A stretch of 57,845 nucleotides of DNA from the IMG/VR virus record IMGVR_UViG_3300006353_000001. The stretch is one strand, 5' to 3'. The position numbers and the translations under genes were made by a program. This document shows, in pieces, positions 40,868-48,595 of this stretch (its first letter is position 1; each line of letters opens with the position of its first letter). This stretch comes from a virus. Below the pieces are notes generated by a model. That model was not told the DNA's origin. It worked only from the letters and a program-made list of their open reading frames with translations, and did not search any database.

Positions 40868-41080
40868 ATGATCGAGTTCATAGTGAAGCGCCACGGCACC
40901 ACCATCGCGGTGGTGAACGGGCACCAACTGCCTTACCGGGCCAGCAGGCTCATCCTCAATGGCAACGAGTACGAGGTGGTCGCCGTGAGGCATATCTACC
41001 ACACAGATAAGCACGGTGCACAGCATACCGCCGAGCTGGACCCGCCCGAGGTCCACGTCAACCACATCCGAGAGATGTGA
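40868..41080 (+). CDS. Hypothetical protein (70 aa)
   Basis: ORF track. First gene after palindrome element C. Confidence 0.5.
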   Translation: MIEFIVKRHGTTIAVVNGHQLPYRASRLILNGNEYEVVAVRHIYHTDKHGAQHTAELDPPEVHVNHIREM

Positions 41081-41265
41081 TGAGCGACGTCATGGCCGTG
41101 GGCACCATCATGCTGCTGGGCGGCATGTTCTACGGCATGTGGAAGCCAATCCAGAAGAAGGGGTGGACGTGGCACGACTGCCTGTGCACCCTGCCGATCT
41201 TCGTGGGGTTCACGATCCAGGTGATCTGTCTCATCGACTGGGCGTGGCTGAAACTGACTCCTTGA
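41077..41265 (+). CDS. Small two-TM membrane protein (holin-like topology, function unknown)
   Basis: 62 aa with hydrophobic segments VMAVGTIMLLGGMFYGMW and CTLPIFVGFTIQVICLIDWAW. Confidence 0.5.
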   Translation: MMSDVMAVGTIMLLGGMFYGMWKPIQKKGWTWHDCLCTLPIFVGFTIQVICLIDWAWLKLTP

Positions 41266-41303
41266 TCAAATGAGTGTACACCCGATCACGGGCGGTGTAC
41301 AAT
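41264..41303 (+). promoter_or_regulatory. Promoter P8 (GATCAAA 41264; -35 TGTACA 41275; -10 TACAAT 41298)
   Basis: 17-nt spacer. The discriminator GTACGT is shared with P11 and P13. Confidence 0.65.
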
Positions 41304-41346
41304 GTACGTACGGTGCTAGTTCGCACCATGTCTGTTGGAGAACAGT

Positions 41347-41565
41347 ATGCTGGTAGAGGTCATCTCAGTCAACACGGGTCTCACCGGTCGCGGCCAGATG
41401 CGCGTGATCGCGGTCCAGTACCACGCCTGGGACAAGGAGATGGAGGCCAAGATGCGTCGGGCCGAGCCCCTGTTCGACACGCCCATGCCCGGCATGTCGG
41501 AGATGATGCGGCAGCGCATCTCGGACGGCACACATCGCACCGCGATCTTCGAGTTGGCGGAGTGA
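41347..41565 (+). CDS. Hypothetical protein (72 aa)
   Basis: ATG 41347 after SD GGAGAA (ORF track 41335..41565). Confidence 0.5.
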   Translation: MLVEVISVNTGLTGRGQMRVIAVQYHAWDKEMEAKMRRAEPLFDTPMPGMSEMMRQRISDGTHRTAIFELAE

Positions 41566-41568
41566 GTC

Positions 41569-41868
41569 ATGGCAGTACAATGCATCATCACAGGCTGTGA
41601 CCTGTTGGACGTCAGGAACGACCGGTTCGTCCACGGCGACCTCCACTGGATCAGTGGAGAGTTCCGCAAGGGGCGTGACGGGCGGGGCGTCTACATCTTC
41701 AACGCCGTCACGGACGAGTTGGTGAGGCCTCGCTGGTTCGATGGCCAGGCCAACCCACACAAGTGCCAGATCCTCCTGTCGGGCGACTACTTCGAGCGGC
41801 GCGGGGTCTTCGTGATCGACTCCGATCAAGCGGAGCTCAACGCCATCGCAAAGGCCTACATATCATGA
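41569..41868 (+). CDS. Hypothetical protein (99 aa)
   Basis: ORF track. Confidence 0.5.
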   Translation: MAVQCIITGCDLLDVRNDRFVHGDLHWISGEFRKGRDGRGVYIFNAVTDELVRPRWFDGQANPHKCQILLSGDYFERRGVFVIDSDQAELNAIAKAYIS

Positions 41869-42131
41869 GCCACGACTCAGACCTCAAGCTCGAGGCACGG
41901 GCTCACTGGAACACCGCCTTTGTCACGTGCACAGGCAAGCACGTGGACTGCCACGACCCGAAGCAGATGGTCGAGATGTGGCACGCCGGTGAGACCTTCC
42001 GCCTCTACAACTGGGGGCCGATCACCCGCGACGACGCGCTCAAACTGCGCATGTCCGGCTTCACCCACATCAAATTCGTGTGGCAAGTGCCGGGCGAGCC
42101 AGTGCAGTCTCACGACATGGAGCTGAAATGA
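41865..42131 (+). CDS. Hypothetical protein (88 aa)
   Basis: ATG 41865 overlaps the upstream stop (ORF track 41763..42131). Confidence 0.5.
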   Translation: MSHDSDLKLEARAHWNTAFVTCTGKHVDCHDPKQMVEMWHAGETFRLYNWGPITRDDALKLRMSGFTHIKFVWQVPGEPVQSHDMELK

Positions 42132-42256
42132 GCGCCACCATCCTCCACATCGGCATCGGCGTCCTCATTGGACTGTGCATCGGTCTGGGCCTCGCGTTCA
42201 GGTACTGGCCGACGGAGCCCGGCGAGTTCGACCACCCTCGTATGAGGCGGCCGTGA
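42128..42256 (+). CDS. Small single-TM membrane peptide (42 aa), not in the ORF track
   Basis: ATG 42128 overlaps the upstream stop (ATGA). It reads MSATILHIGIGVLIGLCIGLGLAFRYWPTEPGEFDHPRMRRP. Its stop overlaps GTG 42253 of the next gene. Confidence 0.4.
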   Translation: MSATILHIGIGVLIGLCIGLGLAFRYWPTEPGEFDHPRMRRP

Positions 42257-42522
42257 CCGAGATCTACCGCACCTACGACGACGTGGCCGGCTTCGAGGGC
42301 CCGATCGAGGTCGAGTTCCGCGTCACGTCGTGGGGCCGCCCGTCCAACTACATCGACCCCTCTGACCCGATGGAGGCCCACGTCACGGTGGCGTGGTACG
42401 AGGAGGGCGAATCCACGATCGAGTTCTGCCCGTACGGCGAACTAGATGAGTGGCTCATGCAGAAGTTCTACGAAGACCCGCCCTACCAGGGAGACTTCAT
42501 TGACGACGAGCCATACTATTAG
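42253..42522 (+). CDS. Hypothetical acidic protein (89 aa)
   Basis: GTG 42253 (ORF track 42175..42522) with a GTGA overlap. Confidence 0.45.
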   Translation: MTEIYRTYDDVAGFEGPIEVEFRVTSWGRPSNYIDPSDPMEAHVTVAWYEEGESTIEFCPYGELDEWLMQKFYEDPPYQGDFIDDEPYY

Positions 42523-42955
42523 CCCGTACAACCTGTTGCAGGAGCAGCAGCTGGGCCACGACCCCGTCGACTGGCGGATCCTCGTGTGCTGCATCCTCCT
42601 CAACCGCACGAACGGTCGCGTCGTCAGACCGCTGATGGACGAGCTGTGGAAGCGGTGGCCGGGCCCCATGTCGATGGCACACTGCATGCCCGATCAGCTG
42701 GCGGCCTTCGTGCGACCGCTCGGCTTCGGCGAGCAGCGGACCCGCAACCTCAGACACATGTCGGACCAGTACGTGGAGCTGACGAGGGCCACGCCGATGA
42801 GCGCCTTCGTCGACGGCGGGTGGGCCCGAGGCCTGTCCGGCTGCGGCCAATACGCCGTCGACTCCATCAACATCTTCGTGTACGGCAAGACCGACGTGGT
42901 CACCACCGACACGTGGCTCAACAAATACCTGGAGTGGAGAAATGCACAACGCTGA
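42446..42955 (+). CDS. HhH-GPD DNA glycosylase, MBD4 glycosylase-domain-like
   Basis: Start ATG 42446 or TTG 42500. Motifs SPYNLLQEQQLGHDPVDWRILVCCILLNRTNG, LGFGEQRTRNL, GCGQYAVDSINIF and WLNKYLEW run parallel to my recollection of the human MBD4 catalytic domain. Confidence 0.6.
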   Translation: MSGSCRSSTKTRPTRETSLTTSHTISPYNLLQEQQLGHDPVDWRILVCCILLNRTNGRVVRPLMDELWKRWPGPMSMAHCMPDQLAAFVRPLGFGEQRTRNLRHMSDQYVELTRATPMSAFVDGGWARGLSGCGQYAVDSINIFVYGKTDVVTTDTWLNKYLEWRNAQR

Positions 42956-43259
42956 CCTCAAGAGACTGGCCGTCCTCACGCGGCTCAACACCATGTTCCG
43001 CGGCGACCACTTCGACGTGTGCGCCATCACGGATTGCAGAGACCTGTTGGCGCCCGTCGCCGACGGCTGGGCAAGCAACGAGTCGATGCAGATCCTCAGG
43101 ACGATCCACTGTGTCAAGTGGCGGGACATGCCTCTCGCACTGCGCAGTGAGGTCCCGCACATGGTGTCCCAAGTGCTCGGCCTGGCCGAGCGGTTCGACC
43201 CGCAGAACATGACCGGCAAGTACGACGCCGGCATCGGCCAATACCAACTGGAGGAGTGA
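42942..43259 (+). CDS. Hypothetical protein (105 aa)
   Basis: ORF track with SD GGAGA. Confidence 0.5.
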   Translation: MHNADLKRLAVLTRLNTMFRGDHFDVCAITDCRDLLAPVADGWASNESMQILRTIHCVKWRDMPLALRSEVPHMVSQVLGLAERFDPQNMTGKYDAGIGQYQLEE

Positions 43260-43492
43260 TGCCCAACAGAGCAGACCTCACAAATCAGCGCTTCGGCCGC
43301 CTCAAGGTGCTGTCGTTCAGCCACATGGACAAGGACTCCAACCGGCACTGGCTCTGCGTGTGCACGTGCGGGAACCGAGTCACCGCGCCCGTCGGCAGAC
43401 TGAGGGCCGGCAAGGTCAAGTCCTGCGGCTGCCTCCGGGTCGAGCACGTGCGCCGCATGAACGCCGCCGGGCTCAATCATCGATCAAAGTGA
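43256..43492 (+). CDS. Small zinc-ribbon protein (78 aa)
   Basis: LTNQRFGRLKVL...HWLCVCTCGN...KVKSCGC is a pattern common in small phage proteins. Function unknown. Confidence 0.5.
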   Translation: MMPNRADLTNQRFGRLKVLSFSHMDKDSNRHWLCVCTCGNRVTAPVGRLRAGKVKSCGCLRVEHVRRMNAAGLNHRSK

Positions 43493-43522
43493 TGTACAAC
43501 GGGCGCAGGGACGGCGTACAAT
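43482..43522 (+). promoter_or_regulatory. Promoter P9 (GATCAAA 43482; -35 TGTACA 43493; -10 TACAAT 43517)
   Basis: 18-nt spacer, followed by SD GGAGA and ATG 43549. Confidence 0.65.
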
Positions 43523-43548
43523 TGCTGAATAGCAATTGGAGATGCGAT

Positions 43549-43752
43549 ATGGACGACGCCCCGGACCTCAACGACCTCGCCGAACTGGCGCGGGCCACCT
43601 CGGAATTCGTGGGTTTCAGCGACCTCGAGCTCTCGAAGGAGGTCCACCTGCGGATGAGGGGCGAGGCGCTCCGCACGCTGCCCTCGCACAACTGGACGGC
43701 CTGGATCAGGCGGGCCGTCGCCGAACTCGACAGAAGGATGAACCGCTCATGA
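43549..43752 (+). CDS. Hypothetical protein (67 aa)
   Basis: ATG 43549 downstream of P9 (ORF track 43360..43752). Confidence 0.5.
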   Translation: MDDAPDLNDLAELARATSEFVGFSDLELSKEVHLRMRGEALRTLPSHNWTAWIRRAVAELDRRMNRS

Positions 43753-43943
43753 GACAGCTGATCGTCGGACTCGTCGTGCTGACCCTCGTGGTCAGCACTT
43801 CGCTCGTCGCCGCCGCGTGGCACGCGTACAATGAGTGCTCCGAGCTGGTGGGCACACTGATCAAGGACACGCCTGTCACTTGGAAGTGTGTGATCCCGAC
43901 CAAGCGAGAGGTCGTCCCCCGCCACAGCCGGAGCATCGCGTGA
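43749..43943 (+). CDS. Small N-terminally anchored membrane protein (64 aa)
   Basis: ATG 43749 with an ATGA overlap. It starts MRQLIVGLVVLTLVVSTSLVAAAW. Confidence 0.5.
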   Translation: MRQLIVGLVVLTLVVSTSLVAAAWHAYNECSELVGTLIKDTPVTWKCVIPTKREVVPRHSRSIA

Positions 43944-44308
43944 TCCCCTCGTCGGCCGAACTCCGCAGGCGCCTCAAGCGCGACGGCGACATGGACCCGC
44001 TCAGGCCGCACGAATGGGCGAGCCTCGTCCAACTGCTCGAGATCCTCGAAGAGATCGGACACAGCTACGACGGCAACATCTCGCCCAGGCAGCAGCCGCA
44101 GGTCGACACGACGCCGCGATCGGTCTACTCCGCAGACGCAGAGGCGTGGTGGGCCGCCGAGATGTCCATGCAGAAGTTCCTCAGCTGCGACCACGTGCAC
44201 AAGATTCTCCACTTCTACTCCATGTCCAGTGGCATCTGCAGGGACTGTGGTCACACATTCACCGTCAAGGTCGGAGCTCTCGGCAACGACACCTATAACT
44301 GGAATTGA
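43940..44308 (+). CDS. Hypothetical protein (122 aa)
   Basis: GTG 43940 overlaps the upstream stop (ORF track 43835..44308). C-terminal Cys/His cluster CDHVH...CRDCGH. Confidence 0.45.
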   Translation: MIPSSAELRRRLKRDGDMDPLRPHEWASLVQLLEILEEIGHSYDGNISPRQQPQVDTTPRSVYSADAEAWWAAEMSMQKFLSCDHVHKILHFYSMSSGICRDCGHTFTVKVGALGNDTYNWN

Positions 44309-44312
44309 CAAA

Positions 44313-44681
44313 ATGCGACACAAGACACTCCAAGCCTTCGAAGAGATCGACGCGGCCGTGTTCAGTGGAGACCTCCTCTACACGGACGCCGAGATGTTCC
44401 GCGACCACCTGAAGCGGTGGGTCAGCGCCCACAACCAGCACAAGACCTTCTTCGACGGGGTCCACCCCCCGACCGCGGACGAGATCTGCACGGAGGGGCT
44501 CCGCGAGGCACTGCTGACGCTCTCCCAGTCGTGGACCCCGAAGCAGCTCCAGCTGTTCAAGTCGGCCTACCTCTGTGAACCGAAGGACGTGCCGGCCGGG
44601 CAGAAGCTCATCGACGCGTACAACCTCGCGCGGAGGTCCGCCATCCAGCGGATCATCGCAGATACGGCCGTCGAGCCGTGA
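44313..44681 (+). CDS. Hypothetical protein (122 aa)
   Basis: ATG 44313 (ORF track 44229..44681). Confidence 0.5.
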   Translation: MRHKTLQAFEEIDAAVFSGDLLYTDAEMFRDHLKRWVSAHNQHKTFFDGVHPPTADEICTEGLREALLTLSQSWTPKQLQLFKSAYLCEPKDVPAGQKLIDAYNLARRSAIQRIIADTAVEP

Positions 44682-44842
44682 CCGCAACCACGTTCGGCGG
44701 GCCTGAATGTCCGCCACCGCCCCACGCGGGGCACGAGGACTACGGCTAGCTCAGCGCTCCCGAGGGCGGGGTGTGATTCTTGATGGTCTTGCTGACCCCG
44801 CCTGTCAGGAGCGCCGACGAAACACGACACAGGAGAATCGTC

Positions 44843-45094
44843 ATGAACATGTTCGGGGGACTCACCTCCAAGAGCTTCGGGCCCGACCTGAACGGGGGCG
44901 GCTCGCTGCAAGAGCGGTACGGGCGCGTCAACGGAGACGTGCGGACCCGCACGTTCCCGATCAACGGGGTCGTCGACGTCTTCAGACTCTACACCGTGAC
45001 GGAGATGGTGGGACTGCTCGGCGCCCATCGGCCGGTCGACGTCTCGGACCTCGCGCGTCGCATCTCGAACTGGCGAGAGCACTACGGGTCTTGA
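44843..45094 (+). CDS. Hypothetical protein (83 aa)
   Basis: ATG 44843 after SD AGGAGA (ORF track 44780..45094). Confidence 0.5.
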   Translation: MNMFGGLTSKSFGPDLNGGGSLQERYGRVNGDVRTRTFPINGVVDVFRLYTVTEMVGLLGAHRPVDVSDLARRISNWREHYGS

Positions 45095-45138
45095 AATTCG
45101 TCGTTAGTTCGTACGTTAGTACTACACTGTAGAGCGCG

Positions 45139-45212
45139 TCCGGGACGTTATAAGTGTGCTCCGGGACTCCCGGAGAGCGCTCGTTCAGAACTATATTACG
45201 ACGGCTCCCGGA
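45139..45212 (+). repeat. Composite palindrome element, copy D (TCCGGGA 45139; TCCGGGACTCCCGGA 45160..45174; TCCCGGA 45206..45212)
   Basis: Offsets of 21 and 46 nt. The spacer is more diverged than in copies A-C. Confidence 0.75.
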
Positions 45213-45235
45213 CGTTTTAGACCTAATTTAGGGCG

Positions 45236-45265
45236 TGTACAACGGCTGCCAGGAGGCGGTACAAT
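45236..45265 (+). promoter_or_regulatory. Promoter P10 (-35 TGTACA 45236; -10 TACAAT 45260)
   Basis: 18-nt spacer. GGCGTGTACAACGGCTGCCAGGAGGCGGTACAAT is almost identical to P4 and P11. This copy lacks the upstream GATCAAA box. Confidence 0.6.
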
Positions 45266-45304
45266 ATACACACCGGCGCACATCAAGCGCCGTCGGAGAG
45301 AGTC

Positions 45305-45517
45305 ATGAACACCACACTGCTGACCGTCGCGGGCTACGAGCGCGAGACATTCGAGGAGGACTGGGAGGACGTCGGCGGCCCGGAGTCGGGGCCACGCCTC
45401 GTCGGCCACCCGGCCGGAGAGGTTTTCACCCTTGCCGACCACGAAATCGTCGTGATCGACAACGCAGTGATCCACCACGGCGCCGTGCCGGCTCTCCCCG
45501 AAGGGTGGAACCCATGA
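45305..45517 (+). CDS. Hypothetical acidic protein (70 aa)
   Basis: ORF track with SD GGAGAG. Confidence 0.5.
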   Translation: MNTTLLTVAGYERETFEEDWEDVGGPESGPRLVGHPAGEVFTLADHEIVVIDNAVIHHGAVPALPEGWNP

Positions 45518-45816
45518 CGCCCGTACAGATCGCCCGCGTCACAATCCGCCACCAGCAGTACCTCCACCACGTGCGCGAGTGGGTCGTCGCGGTGGAGGCC
45601 GGCGACAGAGACCTCCGCGACTACCACGAGCACGCCGTGATGGACCGGCTGGTCGCGGACGGAGTCTTCACCGCGGCAATGAGGTCGCGGGCGTTCGTCG
45701 AGCGCCAGTCCATCGAGTTCGGACACATGGCCATCTGCGTATACGACGGCCCCGAAATCTTCGACCCGGAGCGGTGGTTCCTGGTCGGCAATTCCCACAC
45801 CGTAGAGGAGCACTGA
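45514..45816 (+). CDS. Hypothetical protein (100 aa)
   Basis: ATG 45514 with an ATGA overlap (inside ORF track 45235..45816). Confidence 0.5.
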   Translation: MTPVQIARVTIRHQQYLHHVREWVVAVEAGDRDLRDYHEHAVMDRLVADGVFTAAMRSRAFVERQSIEFGHMAICVYDGPEIFDPERWFLVGNSHTVEEH

Positions 45817-45827
45817 CGGAGCGTACC

Positions 45828-46001
45828 ATGCCCACCAGAAAATCCATCGAAGAGATCGCACAGAAACTGGCCAAGCAGTTGGCCAGGTCCGACAAATTTC
45901 ACGAGGACCTTGAACCCGGCGAGGTGGCCTGGATCCTGAGGAACCTCGTCAAGAAGGTCAAGTGGCAACAGCGGGTCATCGACAGGCTCAACGCCAGCTG
46001 A
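45828..46001 (+). CDS. Hypothetical helical protein (57 aa)
   Basis: ATG 45828 within ORF track 45579..46001. It starts MPTRKSIEEIAQKLAKQL... Confidence 0.4.
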   Translation: MPTRKSIEEIAQKLAKQLARSDKFHEDLEPGEVAWILRNLVKKVKWQQRVIDRLNAS

Positions 46002-46035
46002 CCCCCGCACCACAACCCCAATCGGCACATTACAC

Positions 46036-46320
46036 ATGGCAGGCACACACTACACCCTGGACCGGGACTGCAAAGAACCAGAGCCCCCGAAGGAGAAGCC
46101 ATGCAAGCGGTGTGGCAAGGTGAAACCCAACGACTTCGTCCACTTCGGTAAGAAGTGGAAGGGCAATCGCACCACGTACGTGACCAACGACGTGTGTGCG
46201 CAGTGTAAGCACGACAAGCACATGGCGACCCTCGCTGAGAAGCGTAAGTTGGATCGTGAGTACGCCGAATTCAAGCACCAGCAGTTCCTCGAGCTGGTCA
46301 AGAAAAACCAGAAGCAGTGA
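46036..46320 (+). CDS. Lys-rich Cys4 zinc-finger-like protein (94 aa)
   Basis: ORF track. Cys motifs CKRCGK...CAQCKH. Confidence 0.5.
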   Translation: MAGTHYTLDRDCKEPEPPKEKPCKRCGKVKPNDFVHFGKKWKGNRTTYVTNDVCAQCKHDKHMATLAEKRKLDREYAEFKHQQFLELVKKNQKQ

Positions 46321-46326
46321 GTCACT

Positions 46327-46366
46327 CGAGTGTCCATTGCGGACACTCGCACGCGCCCCTCGTGCG
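46327..46366 (+). terminator. Two adjacent GC-rich hairpins after the last + strand early gene (possible terminator, no U-tract)
   Basis: CGAGTGTCC-attgc-GGACACTCG (46327..46349) and CGCACG-cgcccct-CGTGCG (46348..46366). Confidence 0.4.
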
Positions 46367-46375
46367 CGAACCTAT

Positions 46376-46448
46376 GTTAGCTACCGGGGGAATCATGACC
46401 TATGGGCTCGATCCGGGGTTAGCTACTGGGGAAACCATGGCCTAAGGG
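46376..46448. repeat. Two 31-bp imperfect direct repeats (iteron-like)
   Basis: GTTAGCTACCGGGGGAATCATGACCTATGGG (46376..46406) and GTTAGCTACTGGGGAAACCATGGCCTAAGGG (46418..46448). 26 of 31 positions are identical. Confidence 0.75.
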
Positions 46449-46544
46449 ACCGGATCGCGGGACCACGAACCTCGCGCTTCGGGCGTTGTGCCCAAATCCA
46501 CGCGGATTACTAACATGGACCTGGATAGATAGCCCTAGGAAAAC

Positions 46545-46770
46545 CACCAAAAGTAGTAAATCTTGGAGCCTTAAGTTATTATCCGGATTGAACTTTATGT
46601 ATTTACCTATTATATACTACATAAGTTAGTATTATTATTCAAATATATAAAATCCATGATCAATCAATGGTCTCTAATTGGTATTATTATATATTTATTT
46701 AGTAGCTCCCCGAACGAAAATAGTACCGGAGTGGTAATCTCAGTTTCCCGTTATAAATTAATAACTTAAG
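46545..46770. other. Strongly AT-rich non-coding island with short TAAGTTA / TATTATTAT repeats (candidate DNA-unwinding element / origin or packaging region)
   Basis: The composition switches visibly from the GC-rich genome background. There is no ORF of convincing length. Confidence 0.6.
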
Positions 46771-46772
46771 AC

Positions 46773-46814
46773 TCCCGGACGTTTACGGGAGCCGGGTAAA
46801 CCTTTGGGTAAACC
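46773..46814. repeat. Partial palindrome-element boxes (ACTCCCGGA, CGGGAGCCGGG) plus tandem GGGTAAACC x2
   Basis: TCCCGGA at 46773..46779, CGGGAGCC at 46786..46793, and GGGTAAACC at 46794..46802 and 46806..46814. Confidence 0.6.
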
Positions 46815-47011
46815 TAATGACGCAAAACATCTCAGGTGCTAACGGGCCGTCACAAACGGCACAGTTCTACGTATTCAGTGACACAAACGGCACAAAAATG
46901 GCGTTGGTTTCACGATCCCTGTACATTGAACCTCGCACATCGAACGATGCGGGCCCTCGAGGCACGTCGTGCCACGCCCAAGTTGCCCCTGCTCAAAGTA
47001 CGTTAGACCAT

Positions 47012-47052
47012 GATCGAGGGCGTGTACAACGGCTGCCAGAAGGTGGTACAAT
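47012..47052 (+). promoter_or_regulatory. Promoter P11 (GATCGAG 47012; -35 TGTACA 47023; -10 TACAAT 47047)
   Basis: 18-nt spacer, near-identical to P4 and P10. It is followed by SD GGAGA. Confidence 0.65.
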
Positions 47053-47096
47053 GTACGTGTGCGACGATCGAAGCACACTAACCGGAGATCATGATC

Positions 47097-47573
47097 ATGA
47101 ACGCTAAGGAAATGGAAGCCACGATCGTGGCCCTGAGGGCCCGGATCGATGAATTGGAACGAAGCACGACGCGCGGTGCACTGGACGAGCTCGCAGCCCA
47201 ACTGCGGACCGTGGACGAGGCCGGAGCCTCCCGGGTCGAGGAACTCAGGGCGATGATCGAGGAGCACCGCACGTCGCACGACGCACTGAAGACGAAGGTC
47301 GACGAAATGAGCGCCGCGTTGGCTGACATCATGCCGAAAGTGCTCGCACGGAACGCGTCGGCTGCGGTGAAGCGCAATATGGTCGACGCCGACGCCCTGA
47401 GGGTCATCGTGGGGGACCTCAAGAACATGCCGCACAAGGAGGCGGCCGAGGCGGCGGGCATCACGTACGCCCAAGTGTACTCGTGCAGGCTCGAGTACAC
47501 CTTCAAACACATCCACAAGCAACTGAGGGATTCCGGCCAGACGAACCCGTGGGCCAAGGACGCGAAGAAGTAG
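47097..47573 (+). CDS. Coiled-coil protein with C-terminal HTH-like domain (paralog of 48241..48564)
   Basis: ORF track 47091..47573; ATG 47097 has better SD spacing. The C-terminus HKEAAEAAGITYAQVYSCRLEYTFKHIHKQL...NPWAKD matches HKDAASALGLTYGQVYSCRLGYTFKTIHKEV...NPWIKA of the minus-strand gene. Confidence 0.6.
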   Translation: MNAKEMEATIVALRARIDELERSTTRGALDELAAQLRTVDEAGASRVEELRAMIEEHRTSHDALKTKVDEMSAALADIMPKVLARNASAAVKRNMVDADALRVIVGDLKNMPHKEAAEAAGITYAQVYSCRLEYTFKHIHKQLRDSGQTNPWAKDAKK

Positions 47574-47617
47574 CGAACGGGCGAACGGGCGCGAGGCCCG
47601 TCGGGGCCGTGAGTACG

Positions 47618-47640
47618 AACGGGCGCGGAGCCCGTTTGTC
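47618..47640 (+). terminator. Rho-independent terminator (+ strand)
   Basis: AACGGGC-gcgga-GCCCGTT followed by TGTC. A similar hairpin without a U-tract lies at 47585..47601. Confidence 0.6.
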
Positions 47641-47680
47641 GGCTCCGGGCGGGTAGGCCCGCTGGGGTCCGGGCACGGGG

Positions 47681-47703
47681 AAAAGCCCGCTCGGTGGCGG
47701 GCT
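47681..47703 (-). terminator. Rho-independent terminator (- strand)
   Basis: On the minus strand it reads AGCCCGC-caccga-GCGGGCT followed by TTTT, directly after the mini-ORF stop at 47709. Confidence 0.7.
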
Positions 47704-47708
47704 GGGGA

Positions 47709-47756
47709 TCAGTGCTTCCGGCGGTACATCACGAGGAGGATCGCGATGAGGATCAT
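47709..47756 (-). CDS. 15-aa hydrophobic mini-peptide (MILIAILLVMYRRKH), translationally coupled
   Basis: Its ATG (47756..47754) overlaps the stop of the 90-aa ORF as ATGA. It is followed 6 nt later by the minus-strand terminator. Too short for the ORF track as a separate ORF. Confidence 0.35.
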   Translation of the reverse strand: MILIAILLVMYRRKH

Positions 47757-48025
47757 GCGTGCACCTTCGAGTGCTGGGCGAGGCGGCCGATAGGGAGGAC
47801 TGTCCCACAGTGGCACTCGCAGTAGGCGCGAAGCGCGAAGCGCCTGAATCGGCGACCTTCGCGCTTCGCCGGCAGAGGATTCACCCAGCACTTGAACCCC
47901 TGGATCTGCCGTTCTGGGAGGCCGGCCTCCGGCCACTTATCCTTCGGACGGAGTCCGAAGAGGACTTTGACCGTTGAGTCATGTGCGGGCCACTTGGACC
48001 CGGGCTCTGTGATGTAGAGTTCCAT
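47753..48025 (-). CDS. Hypothetical Cys/His-containing basic protein (90 aa)
   Basis: ORF track. It contains YCECHCG...HSKVH. Member of the only minus-strand cassette. Confidence 0.5.
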   Translation of the reverse strand: MELYITEPGSKWPAHDSTVKVLFGLRPKDKWPEAGLPERQIQGFKCWVNPLPAKREGRRFRRFALRAYCECHCGTVLPIGRLAQHSKVHA

Positions 48026-48029
48026 GGTG

Positions 48030-48167
48030 TCACCACACCGCCCGAAGGATCCGTTGCCAGAGGCTGGGCTTGGTGAAGATGGTGCGGGCGAGGGGCGATG
48101 GCCTTTGCCACGGGTGGACCACCCGCTTGGGGTCCAGGTACTGGTTTGCCGAGAATTCCGATTTCAT
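48030..48167 (-). CDS. Possible small protein (45 aa), not in the ORF track
   Basis: ATG 48167 is preceded by GGAGAAGG. The stop lies 4 nt before the ATG of the 90-aa ORF. It starts MKSEFSANQYLDPKRVVHPW... Confidence 0.3.
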   Translation of the reverse strand: MKSEFSANQYLDPKRVVHPWQRPSPLARTIFTKPSLWQRILRAVW

Positions 48168-48240
48168 ATGCCTTCTCCAAGGTACCAGTGTCCGGGATTG
48201 GGCACTGGTTATTGGAGCCCCCGGGTGGGGGCCGGCCGGA

Positions 48241-48564
48241 TTAAGCCTTGATCCAGGGGTTGGGGTTGGCTGAGGAGAAGACCTCCTTGTGGATGGTCTT
48301 GAAGGTGTAACCGAGACGGCAAGAGTAGACTTGTCCGTAGGTGAGGCCGAGTGCCGAAGCCGCGTCCTTGTGCTTCTTCGAAGCGTGTTCCCCGATCAGG
48401 ATGCTTCGCGCGTCGTCGTCGGTCATCTCCTTGTCGGAGGTCTTCGGTGTGGTCTTGGCCTGGAGTTCCGCGACCTGAGCCTGAAGGCTGAGGATGGCGA
48501 GGACCATCTCCTTGTTGGTCATGGAGCGGACGGCTTCAACTTGGGTGGTTTCAACTTGGGACAT
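48241..48564 (-). CDS. Coiled-coil protein with C-terminal HTH-like domain (candidate repressor/regulator; paralog of 47097..47573)
   Basis: ORF track, 107 aa. SD GGAGA. Its promoter is embraced by an 11-bp inverted repeat. Confidence 0.6.
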   Translation of the reverse strand: MSQVETTQVEAVRSMTNKEMVLAILSLQAQVAELQAKTTPKTSDKEMTDDDARSILIGEHASKKHKDAASALGLTYGQVYSCRLGYTFKTIHKEVFSSANPNPWIKA

Positions 48565-48595
48565 TTGATTCTCCGGTTATGTACATCAACATGAT

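Noticed and set aside
42497-43480. 327-aa minus-strand ORF
   Set aside because: It is antisense to four tightly coupled + strand genes, including the MBD4-like glycosylase. It is a shadow ORF.
46376-46448. tRNA gene (the GTTAGCTAC...GGG repeats look superficially like acceptor/D-arm sequence)
   Set aside because: No cloverleaf can be drawn, there is no T-loop GTTCRANYC motif, and the two copies are direct repeats of each other. I found no tRNA anywhere in the window by eye.
46817-47107. 96-aa ORF in the ORF track
   Set aside because: It runs through direct repeats and straight across promoter P11 and the SD of the next gene. It has no SD, so it is more likely non-coding regulatory DNA.
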